Assembly: GCF_004010195.1 (NCBI RefSeq)
Contig: NC_057720.1
Span: 29,727,631 to 29,791,630 of the forward strand
Direction: 5' to 3'
DNA length: 64,000 bases
From: Chiloscyllium plagiosum
Taxonomy: Eukaryota
Numbering within the stretch: position 1 is the stretch's first letter; every line of letters begins with the position of its first letter. Under the pieces are notes generated by a model. The model searched no databases, was not told where the DNA came from, and saw nothing but the letters and a program-made list of their open reading frames with translations. The position numbers and the translations under genes are program-made. Below are positions 26,190-40,079 of the stretch, one piece after another.

Positions 26190-26527
26190 ATTGTGGAGGG
26201 CTCGATCGTAACACAGACTTTATAGCAAAAATTTGCAGTGTGATGTAACTGAAATTATACATTGAAAAATTGATTGTCTGTTAAGCCTTTCATCTGTTAG
26301 AATACAGTGATAGTTTCACTTCTTTCATGTGTAAATCACAAAACCCTTTTATTTTTAAAGTTGCATTCTCGGGTTAGCTGTTAACAATGGTGATAGCTAG
26401 ACAATATGTTGAAGGTGTTAGCCCCCTGTGTTCTCTGTCTATGACCTAATGTTTAGATTGATTCTAATCTAAAAAGTGAAATAACAGAGTTTTACATAAA
26501 TTCATGCAGTTTTTAAGCTCAGAGTTC

Positions 26528-27326
26528 NNNNNNNNNNNNNNNNNNNNNNNNNNNNNNNNNNNNNNNNNNNNNNNNNNNNNNNNNNNNNNNNNNNNNNNNN
26601 NNNNNNNNNNNNNNNNNNNNNNNNNNNNNNNNNNNNNNNNNNNNNNNNNNNNNNNNNNNNNNNNNNNNNNNNNNNNNNNNNNNNNNNNNNNNNNNNNNNN
26701 NNNNNNNNNNNNNNNNNNNNNNNNNNNNNNNNNNNNNNNNNNNNNNNNNNNNNNNNNNNNNNNNNNNNNNNNNNNNNNNNNNNNNNNNNNNNNNNNNNNN
26801 NNNNNNNNNNNNNNNNNNNNNNNNNNNNNNNNNNNNNNNNNNNNNNNNNNNNNNNNNNNNNNNNNNNNNNNNNNNNNNNNNNNNNNNNNNNNNNNNNNNN
26901 NNNNNNNNNNNNNNNNNNNNNNNNNNNNNNNNNNNNNNNNNNNNNNNNNNNNNNNNNNNNNNNNNNNNNNNNNNNNNNNNNNNNNNNNNNNNNNNNNNNN
27001 NNNNNNNNNNNNNNNNNNNNNNNNNNNNNNNNNNNNNNNNNNNNNNNNNNNNNNNNNNNNNNNNNNNNNNNNNNNNNNNNNNNNNNNNNNNNNNNNNNNN
27101 NNNNNNNNNNNNNNNNNNNNNNNNNNNNNNNNNNNNNNNNNNNNNNNNNNNNNNNNNNNNNNNNNNNNNNNNNNNNNNNNNNNNNNNNNNNNNNNNNNNN
27201 NNNNNNNNNNNNNNNNNNNNNNNNNNNNNNNNNNNNNNNNNNNNNNNNNNNNNNNNNNNNNNNNNNNNNNNNNNNNNNNNNNNNNNNNNNNNNNNNNNNN
27301 NNNNNNNNNNNNNNNNNNNNNNNNNN
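26528..27326. other. Assembly gap
   Basis: N run. Confidence 1.
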
Positions 27327-27532
27327 AACACCTTCAACATATTGTCTAGTTATCACCATTGTTAACAGCTAACCCGAGAATGCAACTTTAAAAAAAAGGG
27401 TTTTGTGATTTACACATGAAAGAAGTGAAACTATCACTGTACTCTAACAGATGAAAGGCTTAACAGACAATCAATTTTTCAATGTATAATTTCAGTTACA
27501 TCACACTGCAAATTTTTGCTATAAATTCTGAT

Positions 27533-27567
27533 CACCTGATGAAGGAGTGTCGCTTCGAAAGCTAGTG
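27533..27567 (+). ncRNA. Minimal hammerhead ribozyme motif (family B), intact
   Basis: CAC-CTGATGA-AGGAGTGTCGCTTC-GAAAGCTA-GTG. Confidence 0.75.
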
Positions 27568-27655
27568 TGTTTCCAATTAAACCTGTTGGACTATAACCTG
27601 GCGTTGTGTGATTTTTAACTTTGTACACCCCAGTCCAACACCGGCATCTCCAAAT

Positions 27656-27979
27656 TAGATTGGATTGGATTGGATTACTTACAGTGTGGAAACAGGCCCT
27701 TCGGCCCAACAAGTCCACACCGACCCGCCGAAGCGCAACCCACCCATACCCCTACATTTACCCCTTATTACCTAACACTAAGGGCAATTTAGCATGGCCA
27801 ATTCACCTAACCTGCACATCTTTGGACTGTGGGAGGAAACCGGAGCACCCGGAGGAAACCCACGCAGACACGGGGAGAACGTGCAAACTCCACACAGTCA
27901 GGCGCCTGAGTCGGGAATTGAACCCGGGTCTCTGGCGCTGTGAGGCAGCAGTGCTAACCACTGTGCCACCGTGCCGCCC
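27656..27979 (-). mobile_element. HE1-like V-SINE, full length
   Basis: Reverse complement of 3402-3717; (C)AAAT duplicated at both ends; splits the PLE terminus CATCTCCAAAT/CATGAC. Confidence 0.92.
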
Positions 27980-28604
27980 AAATCATGACAACTAAAATCA
28001 GGTTTGCTTAAGAGACCACAAATAGATAAACACATAGGTCTGAGGATTTGAGGGCGAAGGCAATAAGAGATAGAGAGGGACAAGATCATTTTATTTGAAA
28101 ATAAGAATGACAATTTTACAATAAGGACATGGTATGACTGAGAACCAATGCAGATGAGCAAGCACTGGGGTGACAAGTGTACAGGACTTAGAAACCTACA
28201 CATTAATGTATATATTAGGAGGAGGAATAGATTACTCAGCCCTTCAAAACTGTTCTGTTATTCAGCATGTGCAAAAAGTATATACTATATCATTACCACT
28301 TGGTAAATTTGGATTTTGAAGTAAAGATGAAATAGATGTGTGGTTTCAGTTCTGTGATGGTACTCTTTCTTTAAGAGATCAGAAAGCAATTTGGAATAAA
28401 GACATCAGTTCCAAGAAGGCTTATGCCTCGTAGGTTAGCTGTGATATTAGTTGATGAAGTGTTTAAAAAGTATGACTTTTGTGATATAGAGAGAAAACAG
28501 TCCAAAGACCACAAGTCTTTTCTTATTTAAATTCAGAGTCATGTTTCAGTTTATTAGAACAGTTTTATTCGAGCACGATGACAGTCTGGTATTTGTGTCT
28601 CTTT

Positions 28605-28935
28605 TAGTTCATTCACAGGATGAAGGCATCATTGGCTAGGCCAGCGTTTATTGCCTATTCCTAACACTTCACATTGCTGTGTGTCTGGAATCACATGTAG
28701 GCCAGACCAGATAAGATTGTCAGTTTCCTACCCTGAAGAACATTAGTGAACAAGACTTTTTTTCCCTGACAATTGATAATGGATTCATGGTCATTTTTGG
28801 ACTCTTAATTCCAGATTTTTCATTGAATTTAAATTCTGCCATCTGCCATGGTGTGATTCGAACTTGGTTCCCCAGAACATTACCTGGGTCTCTAGATTAA
28901 CAATCCTGCAATAACACCACGAGGCTGTCACTTCT
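28605..28935 (-). mobile_element. Old tRNA-derived SINE (SacSINE1/DeuSINE-like)
   Basis: Minus B-box GTTCGAATC (about 28855-28863); 3' tail GCTGGCCTAGCCAATGATGCC resembles the LINE end at 46530-46570. Confidence 0.6.
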
Positions 28936-29029
28936 CCATAGTAATCTTCAGACTGCGATTTAAGGTTGCAAAGTCTCCAAGTTATGAGAGTTTGTGAAAT
29001 CTCCAAACACTGAGGATTTTTGTGGATGC

Positions 29030-29860
29030 TTTCAAACTGTGAAAGCTGAAAAAAGGTTTATGCAGTTAGAATTGAAGCTACGAATGAGGATTTCAGCAGA
29101 ACAGCAAAGTTGGGCAATGTTACAGAGAAAGCAACAGCTTTAATAAATACATAGAAATAAATGCTCTTTGTGATATGTGAATATGTAACTGGAAGCTCAC
29201 CACAAGATCAAATGTGACACCAAGGATATGAACTAACTATTTTAATGTCAGTTTAATTTCAGCTGTTACCAGGTTGAAAAGTTTGGAATGAACACCAAAA
29301 ACACTAGCGGCAAGCTTCTGGAATTTTGTTGATATCACATCGGGGCAGCACATGGATGAGAAATAGGAAGAGTGAAAGATGAAGAGATAGTGGGATGGGA
29401 GGAGGAACAGAAGTCATTGTAACTCATACTTTTGCTATTATTAGACAGACAAGCTTTAAACCAGGTGAGAGCAGTCCCATCCATTGGAGGATAGTGAACA
29501 ATCTTTAGAGGAAAGTTGTATGGCTGGATGAAGGCTGGATACAGGTTTAGAATGATAAGGAAGGATAGATTACCATTGCCACAATCACAGAAGGTATCAT
29601 TTGAGATCTGATAGCAGCTGTTTTAGCACTGTGACAAAAGAAAATAATCCAACTGGAGTGATTCAAACATGGACTTCCAGAAAAAAGGAATGTGAATTTG
29701 GGAGGGAACAATAATCTTGGAGAGGAAAGGAAAATTGGAGATGGGATGCAAGTTTATAGGTACTTTTTTTAAAAAGAGGGACGATGTCAGTGGATTTAAG
29801 GGAAAGAGAGATATAGAAAGACACTTCTGAGATATTCTGGGAGAATGACCTTAGGACCAA
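29030..29860 (-). mobile_element. Very old L2-like remnant (with pieces at about 25880-26095 and 28000-28200)
   Basis: Purine-rich plus strand typical of antisense L2; eroded motifs only. Confidence 0.4.
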
Positions 29861-30269
29861 TCAATAGAAGTAAATTGGAACTTTAAGTTGCTTAGGCCAC
29901 TATTGAATCAACTATTGACTCCTTAAAGATAAACCATATAGCTTTAGTAGCTTGTTTTGAAAAGGAAAACTGAAAGTATTTTTGTGAACAATTTAGATAA
30001 TTTTTTGTATGTTTCTTTGTTTCCTTTATTTTTGTAGCTGCAGTAACTCTCAATCAATCATTCTTGCCTCGTCTGTGTTATGCTTGCAGATTTGGATCAA
30101 TTCCAGTGAAGTATCAAGCAAATTCAGCAACTTCAAAATGACTTTGGCACTGGGGAATTGGGGGCTTCCTTCAAAAAAAAAGCCTTTATACACATCTCTG
30201 TCATTTATTTACCTTGTCCGAGTATCTCACATTGGCATGTTTGTTTAGGTCTGCGTCTTCTTGATACTA

Positions 30270-30462
30270 TCCCGGAGGCCGGGACGTTAAATGTCTTCAG
30301 GCAGAGATTGATAAATTCTTGATATCGCAATGAATTAAGGGCTATGGGGAGCATGCAGGTAAATGGAGCTGAAATGCCCATCAGCCATGATTAAATGATG
30401 GAGTGGACTCGATGGGCCGAATTGCCTTACTTCCACTCTTATGTCTTATGGTTTTATGGTCT
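30270..30462 (+). mobile_element. CR1 3' end (TCTTATGG-tailed subfamily)
   Basis: Reverse complement of 33507-33695. Confidence 0.85.
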
Positions 30463-32733
30463 CACAACACCTTCCTTATTAATTTCCACAGCAATTTCTG
30501 CTTTACAGTTCTACTGTTAGTGAGTCCCCTCTCCTCAAAGAGACCAATTTGCCACTTGTGAGGTACAGATGAGACCAGTGGATTGGAAGTTTACCACCTT
30601 CTGTATTAATCCAAGAAAAAGTGGGATCAGTCATCAGTACTCTACATATACAAGCTTAGTTTCTTTTAAGCTGATTAAGCAGCATTCTTATTGATGCTTT
30701 TATAGGCCACCCTACATTAGTGTGAAAGTAAACAGCAAAGCATAATGTGTGAACCTCATTTCACTTCATTTCAGAATAGGTTTAGTGCTGTGGAACAAAA
30801 ATTACAGTCAAATATAATGTGAATGTGAAATTGAACTTCATACTGATGTTGAAGGCACAGAGCAAATGCAGTGATGCGTGCCCTAATGCATTTTAGCGTC
30901 CGGGAAGATTGCACATTCTCATTTAGGCTTTAGAAATCTGTGAAAAGTTTAACTTTCAATTAATGCACTGTGCATGCTACATTGCAAAAAGTAGTTTTGT
31001 TTTCATATTAATTATGTGTACATTCTAAACAAAAACACATGGAGCATTAATTTTCAAAGTGTAACTACAATTAGGTTTATCTGGAGTGATGCTCAATATT
31101 TTAATTAAAATTGTGTTACATTTTCCTATTTTAATGAGTTTTTCATTTTTTTAAAATCACAATCATTCTGGGGTGTAATATTTCTCTAAAGTCCCAAGTT
31201 ATGTAAAGATTTTCTGTCATTAAGTATGGAGTTATTCAAAGTCTTCCATGCGTCACTTATTTGGAACAAACTCTCCTAGTTATGCATTCTCCTATCTGTT
31301 GGTGACGCTGTCTGCAGATATTCAATGTTACATTTGTTTTCAAACTCCATCAATGTATCAACATTTACCGACTCTGAGAAAGCAGAGAGCGGTATTGAGA
31401 AAGGATGCTTTACTAACTATCTGCTCACAATAAAAAGCATAAGGAAAAGTATTTACTTAGCCGTGATAAAATGATAAATCCCAACAAATCTGTGCGGATT
31501 AGGGAGTCAAGCGATTAAGTGAGCTGTCATATTTCCCATTGTATGCAGAGTGCTACGGGCTGAGGGACTGATAATCCTTCTGAGGCAACAGAGGACGGCC
31601 CAGCTGCTCTAGCAAACAGAGCTTAGGGACAGCGAGTGTGCTATAGACATGAAAGTCTCTGCAATAGCTTCCCACATTTTTTCATTTTAAAGAATAAGCC
31701 CTTTTTCTAAAGGATACTTTGATAAACAAACACTCGAAATCCATGGAGATTTAGAAATCTGGACTTATCAGAAAAAAAGTCTGAATCCAGGGACCAGTTC
31801 AATAAAAGTAGATTAGAGCAGTCTAAGTAAGTTTAACAATGCTACGCTAAGTTAGTGCTAGTTTCTATAACGTGGAATGACTCCCAGTGGATGAGAAGCA
31901 TGCGACCTCGAGGGATCTGTATTAGTGCACTGCTGAGCTTGTAAATTTCCATTTGTATGCAAACAGTAGGTAAGAATACATATGTATCTGAAGCCATGTG
32001 CGGTAGTGCGCACACATTGGAATCTGTTCCTTCTAATTTTCTGCTTGTGCAATAGTAGGTGCACATGAAACGTGCAGGACAACAATCAGACTGAGATAAC
32101 AGTCGCTGTTTAATCAACATTTAATATCAAACGTTTATGTCAGTTTAAAATTGCATAGGAAGTCAGTGTTTGAATAGGGCCAGCAATATTAGAGGGTACT
32201 GGGAGCACAGAAGGCATGGGAATGTTTTTGAACGTGTCACTCTAAAAGCACTTTTATAAAGACCCTGTGAGAGGGGTGGGCAATTCTGCTCCACCCTACT
32301 CTTTACTATCTCAACCCATACCTTAAATGTTGAGCGTGGCAAAAATTCAAAGTAAAACACTGATTAAAATGTAACTATCATGAATATCTGTGATTATCAT
32401 GTAGAAGGTTATTCCGAGCTGATGGAGAGTATCCAGGCAATTTATACTTATGCTAAGTGTTACAAAAACGTTGTAGTGATACTTTTGGCATAGTTATGTT
32501 ATTGTGCATTGAAATTTTACTTGCATTCAGCGCTTTCTATACCATGTTCCTCCAATGCCTATCCACTGCAATTCAATTGTGCACACTTGTTCTACTTGAG
32601 AGATTTGGGTCCAAGGTGGAATCTATCTTTACCTTTGCATTGCTTCCATTACACTTTATCATGACATGATCGTAAGTGTGTTGCTGTTGCAATTTGTTTC
32701 TCCTTTGGCAAAATAAAAAGCCCACCACTGAAT

Positions 32734-32921
32734 AAGACCATTAAACCATAAGACATAGGAGTGGAAGTAAGGCCATTCAGCCCATCGAGTCCACTCCGCC
32801 ATTCAATCATGGCTGATGCGCATTTCAGCTCCACTTACCAGCGTTCTCCCCGTAGCCCTTAATTCCTCTAGACAACAAGAATCTATCAATCTCGGCCTTG
32901 AAGACATTTAGCGTCCCGGCT
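32734..32921 (-). mobile_element. CR1 3' end (TCTTATGG-tailed subfamily)
   Basis: Near-identical to 33507-33695. Confidence 0.9.
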
Positions 32922-33119
32922 AGGATCCAAGTCTAAACGTGCATAGAAGCTGAAGGGGCATGCATGTATGTGCATTGATTTTTGAAAATAAAAGGACAGG
33001 TAGAGTGAGCAGTTGATAAAGCAAACAATATCCGAGGCTTTGTGAGTACAGGCACAGAATCTATGAATCTGGAGTCCAAGTCATTATATGGTTCCTTTGT
33101 TCAGAGAAGGGCAGCAGGG

Positions 33120-33390
33120 ATAGGCCTGTAATTACAGACCAGTTAGTTTGGATCCAATGAATTAGAAAAAGTTCTGAAGACAGGATTAATCAAAACTTGA
33201 AAATCAGGGATTGATCAGGGATATTCAACACAGATTTGTCAGAGGGAGATCCTATCTGACTAACTTAATTGAATCTTTTGAAAAGGTAACTAAATATTCT
33301 GACGAGGGTATTCCACTTGATATGGTTTACATGGACTTCAGCAAGACCTTTGACAAAGTACCACATGGAAGGCTGGTCCAAAAATATAAG
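33120..33390 (+). mobile_element. CR1 RT fragment
   Basis: QHRFVRGRSYLTNLIESFE..DMVYMDFSKTFDKVPHGRL. Confidence 0.85.
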
Positions 33391-33506
33391 CCCATAGGTG
33401 ATAATACTATAGCTTACAGGGGTGTATTTTGTCCTGGTTTTTGTTTACGAAGAAAGGTTGAACCAGAGGTGCAAGCTTTTGCTCCAAGCCAATTAAGTAA
33501 ATAGCT

Positions 33507-34135
33507 TAGACCATAAGACCATAAGACATAGGTGTGGAAGTAAGGCCATTCGGCCCATCGATTCCACTCCGCCATTCAATCATGGCTGATGCGTATTTCA
33601 GCTCCACTTACCAGCGTTCTCCCTGTAGCCCTTAATTCCTCTAGACAACAAGAATCTATCAGTCTCGGCCTTGAAGACATTTATCGTCCCGGCTTCCACT
33701 GCACTCCGTGGCAATGAATTCCACAGGCGCACCACTCTCTGGCTGAAGAAATGTCTCTGCATTTCTGTTCTGAAATGACCCCCTCTAATTCTAAGGCTGT
33801 GTCCACGGGTTCTAGTCTCCTCGTTTAACTGAAACAATTTCCTAGCATCCACCTTTTCCAAGCCATGTATTATTTTGTACGTCTCTATTAAGTCTCCCCT
33901 TAATCTTCTAAACTCCAACGAATACAATCCCAGTATCCTCAGCCGTTCCTCATATGTTAGACCTGTCATTCCAGGGATCATCCGTGTGAATCTCCGCTGG
34001 ACACGTTCCAGTGCCAGTATGTCCTTCCTGAGGTGTGGGGACCAAAACTGGACACAGTACTCCAAATGGGGCCTAACCAGAGCTTTATAAAGTCTTAGTA
34101 GTACATCTCTGCTTTTATATTCCAACCCTCTTGAG
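33507..34135 (-). mobile_element. Young CR1 3' fragment with uninterrupted 175-aa ORF2 C-terminus
   Basis: ORF 33598-34125 LYKALVRPHLEYCVQFWSP..RRLRGDLIETYKI..FFSQRVVRLWNSLP; (CCATAAGA)n tail. Confidence 0.95.
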
Positions 34136-37100
34136 AATAACTTTAGTCATAGTCATAGCCTTAGAGCCATATGGCATAGAAACAGGCTGTTTGGTCCATC
34201 ATGTCTACACTGATCAACAAACAACAAGCTATACTAATCCCATTTACCTGCACTTTGTCCATGTCCTGCTATGTTCTGGCATTTCAAGTGCTCATCCAGT
34301 TGCATCTTAAAAGGTGCAAGAATACCTACCTCCACCACCCTCTCAGACAATGTGTCCCATATTTCTACCAAGCTCTGGATGAAAATTTTTCTCCTCACTT
34401 TCTTCCCATTTCTTTCATTTTATTGTCAATGAATGACATTTGGTGAATATTGTCTTCTTGAATCTTGGATGCACTTCTGATTTCAATATGTTTTGATCAT
34501 TTCATTTACTTTGGATTCTAGGTAGGCCCTTTCTATTTATAAGTATGCAATGCTTAGAAATAGAAACTGCTGGAGCTCTTTATGGGGAAACACCATGTCC
34601 TAGTTGGTAAGTGTAGCTAGCCTCTTGCTTACTCAAGCTTGATGCTAACTGATTCCTCACTAGCTTCATGAGCTATAGACATAATACTACATCCTAAGAA
34701 GAAAGCATTTGCAACTAAATAGCAATCCATGTCCTTTACAATCCTTTACAATCGGCATTCTAGTTCACTGCAAACAAATTTGGCAACAAATTTAGAAATA
34801 ACAAGAATCCACAAATGGCAAATTACTGATTAACTAGATAATGATTTTAGTGGTAGTCATTCATTGTGCACTACTAGCCAGCACTGCTATCTGTATTTGA
34901 TGTTACCTCCATTGAATAAGCCAGACAGGGTCACAATTTTAATCAAAAAAAAGTAGCACTGACTATGTAGCACAATCTCATGAGAGGTTGTGCTGCAAAT
35001 AAGAGGCGGATCTGGTGAAGTCATTAATATTTCTCTGTCAAGGCCATGTCCTTTGAACGCTTTTGTAGCATTTATTTCCTTGGCCACCCCTACTTCATAG
35101 AATTATAGAATGATTACAGTGCATAGGAAGACCATTAGGCACCTCATTGCCTGTGCCAGCTCTTTGCAAGAGTAACTCACCTTGTCCTATTCCCTTCCCT
35201 TTCCCTGAAGCCTTGCAAACTTTACTTCTGCAGATAATGATCCCATTCCCTTTAAAAAGCCTTGATTGAATTTATGTTTACCACATTCTCAGACAGCACA
35301 TTTTGTAACCTTACCACTTACTGCATAAAAAAAAGTTTCCTCATGCCGCCATTGCCTCTATCACTTTAAGTGAGTGTCCACTGGGTTTTCAATCCCTTCA
35401 CCAATGGTAATAGTTTCTCCTGTCAACTCTGACTAGGCCCCTCAAGATTTTGTATGCCTCTATCAAGTTTTAATCTCCACTTCTTCAAGGAGAATTGTCC
35501 CAGTTTCGACAATCTATTCAGATAACTGAAATTTGATAACCGTTTTGCAACTGTTCTATCAAACCATTTTGCACCCTCTCTGATGCATCCCACTTCCTTC
35601 CATGAAAGGTTTATCTGGGCATTTATTGTCCATTGGAGAAAATTATTATAACATGAACATTTGTATTGTTCAGTTGAGTAGTAACAAACACAGAAGGTCA
35701 ATAAAATCATTTTATTATTTAACTTTGGTACAAAAAATAATTTACCAGTGGCATAGCTTCAACAATAGGACAAATGAACATAAGCACATATTCCTTGTTT
35801 TGTCCATGAAACAAAAAAAAAGACAATTGTTGTCAAATGGACAATGACATTGCCTAGTCTCCAGCCTAATGCAGAGTTCTTCAATGCATGTCCAGCTTTA
35901 TGCAAACTACTGCTTTCATTTATAATCAATGTGTGAAACTGTCTTTACACATTGCCAGTAAGTCACATAAGTTAATGTCCTTCCTGTACTATTTGGGGGA
36001 ATTTAATTGGTGAGATTTCTAGATTCATCTTTCTCCGTGTTTCTCTAATTACTGTTGCTAGGATCAGGCTGCTGCATTTCCTGTTTAAATTAGAGGGAAG
36101 CAGGGCTTCCTTTCTGCTGCTGACTTGATCGATAAGCGCATCCACTGTCAGCACCCTAGTTGAGGTGCCTGTGTTTCCAAAAAGACGGATTTTGTGTAAA
36201 CCTCACCTTTAGCAGACTTTAAATATTCTCCTCTTTTTCCCAACTTTGCTTTGCTTCCTGGGTGGGAACAGGGGATAGGGGACAGTGTCTCATATCAAAC
36301 GACAGGTTATCTTAATCAAAAGTTCCATACATGAAGTGTAAATCTCTGATGACATTTTAGCTTCCTACCTGGAATTGTTTTTTTGTTAAAGCTTTTTCAA
36401 TACCATTTGCAGAGAATGACATCATACCATACAATTGATTAGAGTTGAATTAATAATTCAGTAAACAGCAGATGAGAGAAAAGTATTTAAATGTTATTGA
36501 TAAACTAATCTACATAGCTTCATTACAAATCCAATCATTCAGGACTCTCATTGATTTGCAGCACTAAATACAGGCTGAAAAATCAGAGAGAAAGTAGTAC
36601 TTCAGCAATAATTTGATGCTCATTTCCTTTTTTGTGGGAACTGAATCACACAGAGGAAATGCCATAGCCCACCTCTGTGTATCACCATGATTATTTCAGC
36701 AAGAAGTTTCAACAACCTTATCTGTTACACAATTAGATTGACATATCTTCAACAATTAAATGAAATAATAAAATTCAAAAGATAGGCATTCAGCCAGTCA
36801 ATCATGGCTGTGTTGATTCTTTGAAAGACCAACTGAATTAGTCCACACACCCATTCTTTCTCTATACCCCTGTAGTTTCTCTTGTGTGAAGCAATTATCC
36901 AATTTTGTTTTGAAAGTTACATTGAATCTGCCTCCAATACACTTTCAGACGTTGTATTCCACATAAAACTAACTCATTGTGGAAAAAAATGTTCTCCAAC
37001 TCTCCTTTCTGATTCTTTTGCCTTTCCTGCCAATCGAAGCAGTTTCTCCCTAGTTATGTTCTCAACACCGCTCATAATCTTAAATCCTCAAATTTTAGTT

Positions 37101-38419
37101 CACTTATTAATATGCCAATAGCTTTAAAAGTTGATTATTGAATTTCACTCCAATAGATGGACAAATTCTTCATTTTTAATCACTTATTTTCATTAAATGT
37201 CATCACTCTTTAAATGTGCTGTTAATTAGAAGAATATAAGGCTTTAAGGTTTGGCTTCGGCAAGTCTCAGGAATCGTTGTAATAAATGCAATGTCACCAA
37301 CAACTTAGAGTGTACTGGAACTGTTCCACCACCAATGCATAAATATACTTTTATAATGATGGGACTGCCTGTTGCTGCATTTCAGTTTGAAATGCAGACT
37401 AAAACTGACTGAATATTATGCACGTTTAAGTTTGTGCAAATTATACATTTGTACATATCAACAAACAATGGAGGTAGCAGTGCAATCAGCCAGTATTGCA
37501 CTTCCTCCACGCCACAGTAACTCTGATAGCTGCATATCTTAGTCTCACTTTAAGGTCAGTGTTTTAGGTTTCCGGCAGAAGGCCATCTCCCCCTTGTTGT
37601 CACCACTTCCCTCTTCCACACAGGATTCTTGCACTTCAAGGAATCCTTTTCTCAACCAATGTACCTTTCTGATATGGATCCAGCATCAATCCCTGAAGAA
37701 GGCCCAAAAGCAGTAACAGCAGTGGCTACTACTCCTGGTGGCACTGCCAGTTCCAGAAAGATGGTGACATCAGCAACCTTCAGGGGCAGGATTTCCACCT
37801 TGCTCAGAGCTTAATCCATAGGAGACCAGATGCTGTTCAGGGAAAAGCCCATTTGGGACTAAGTTCTATCAGGATTCATAAATATAAGCACGATGGACTT
37901 TCTCCCAGTTTCCAGGCTGATAGCTGTAGCCCCTGCCATAACCATTAAATTCTGCCCACACACTATCCTTTTCATCACTTCAGTTTTGGAACCACTCACA
38001 TGTATGAGAATAGTTCCATTGGTGTTGGCAGCTAGTAGCAGTATATAAACTAAATATCCATTCTTCCTACACAAGTATTGACAATGTTGACAATTCTTTG
38101 TCAGTTTTAGAGGACATAGTAGCTGAACCCGATCATATATTATATATCATTACATACAAGGCAGCCATGGCAAATTCTTTCCACTCACATGATCCACGTA
38201 GTAACAACCTCATAATCATTTTCCTTAAATGGAAATGTTGATAACAAGAATTGTTAACATTGTCCTCCTTTAGTGTATTGTTTCCCCAATTCCCATTATT
38301 GTTGTTCAGCATACAGCCAGGAATTGACTGCAGTCTGCGATGATGCTTTAAAATGTTGGTTTGGGGACCTGTTTCTAAAACTCATTAAGAAAATGCACCA
38401 CATGGCTTTCATACTGAAC

Positions 38420-38880
38420 CAAGGTAGGCAAGCAGGAGGCTGGAAGAACACAGCAAGCCAGGCAGCATCAGGAGGTGGAGAAGTCAATGTTTCGGGTGTA
38501 ACCTTTCTTCAGGATTGGGGGTGGGTGTAAGGGAATGTGCAGATAAAGGGGGCATGGGGGAGAGTTTTGGGTGAGGAGGGGGGAGCCGAGTGGTGAGGCA
38601 ATGATAGGTGTTCACAGGTAGAGAGCACGGCCTGGTTGGTCGATGGGAGGAATGAATCCAGTTGTAGCTGGAAGGAAGGGTCAGTCTGAGAAATAGAGGG
38701 GAGGGAGAGGGGTTGGAAAGGGAGGTTATTTAAAATTGGATTGCTTAGTGTTGAGTCTTCTGAGCTGTAGGCTGCCCAGGAGAAAGATGAGGTGTTGTTC
38801 CTCGAATTTGTGGTCTGATTCGCTGTGGGAATGGAAGAGGCCAATGATAGTCATGTTGGAGAGGGAATAGGAAGGGCAAT
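38420..38880 (-). mobile_element. PLE 3' end (family A variant) with HHR-like motif at 38486-38512
   Basis: Minus EEQHLIFLLGSLQ-like GIY-YIG tail; CTGAAGA-AAGGTTACACCC-GAAACATT; terminus shared with family A. Confidence 0.75.
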
Positions 38881-40079
38881 CAAAATAAACCCTTCATATC
38901 AAACCAGGCATGTGAGGAAGATCCCAGATTCAATCCAGGTTCCTTGTTGACTTATGCAAATGACTTCCAATCTCAAACCCTCAATAAATTTGCTTTCAAA
39001 TCCCTCCATAACATCACTCTTCCTTACCTCTGTAACATCCTTCAGGTCTATGAACCTCCAAGAGATTTAAAATCACTGATGGGGCCCTATGGTGTCATTG
39101 GGACAGGACACGGATTTAAAAGACAGAAGTAACTTGAATGCCTAGCGTAAGGGCTAAAGAGGGGTGTGGAGCAGATGTATTTTTGATCACGCGAACTACA
39201 CTGTGGAAGCACCTCAGAGCTGGGATAAGGACGACTGCTTTGCTTGCTGTATATTAAGGTTGCATTCATTGCGAATGTCACCACTAGTTGGCAGAAAGAG
39301 TGTGCATGTGCTCTGTCATGACCTGATGTCACATTAGGGACAGAAGGAAATGGTGCTGTGGGAATGGTATTTAATGGGGCAGTGAGCTGCTCTACTCATA
39401 GCCACACCTCCCCCAGGGCGGGCAGTAAGGCAGTGACAGCTGGAAAGATCACAGTAGCAATTGAAGAGGACTTACCAATCCCATCCTCCCCTCTCTTGCC
39501 ATCTCTCTGTTCCTGCTCCCACTCCCACTAACACCAATTCTGAGTTCTGGTGCCAGCCTTTTCCTACTCCAGCTAGGGCTCTCACCTTTTGTGTAGTTAC
39601 TGTAAGCTGTGACTTTGAAGTATTAAGTCCTTTTATACATGCAAACCAGTCACCCTGTGCTTCCTGGAAACAAGTTAAAGCATCTGGAGAAGGAAGACCA
39701 TAAAGCAGCATTCTGATTCAGACAAGAATACTTTAAGCAACCATGTAGACACAAACCATTGCAATGCATTCCCCGTGTTTTCCTCAGCCATAACACTGAT
39801 GTTTATCCTCTGTCTGTCTGTGTATTGTGTATACAGATGACTTTATAAGGGGATTAGAGTTTCAACTAGAGAGTTAAATGATGATGGTTCTGAATTGTTT
39901 ACCTGTAACTACAGTCTATTTATTATTAATAAATAACAATTCTTGTCAAATACAAAAACTTGGCCCATGTTTTCTGTCAGTCTGGGATTAAAAGAGAGGT
40001 AGCTTGAGGAATTCTGCGTACTTTTAATTTTTTTTACTTGATGACTGTGGGAGTAGCAGAGCTTGATTTCCAGTACACT

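Larger units (their letters stand above)
26107..27988. mobile_element. Large inverted PLE family B unit (two divergent terminal repeats; centre lies in a gap)
   Basis: 26107-26420 is the reverse complement of about 27327-27616; exact 12-bp TSD CAACTAAAATCA (26095-26106, 27989-28000); a SINE is inserted in the right end. Confidence 0.88.

Noticed and set aside
33598..34125. Intact 175-aa ORF as a host gene
   Set aside because: Ordinary CR1 ORF2 C-terminus of a young 5'-truncated copy
37560..38100. GC-richer unique stretch with short ORFs
   Set aside because: No recognisable domain or consistent splice signals; cannot be supported
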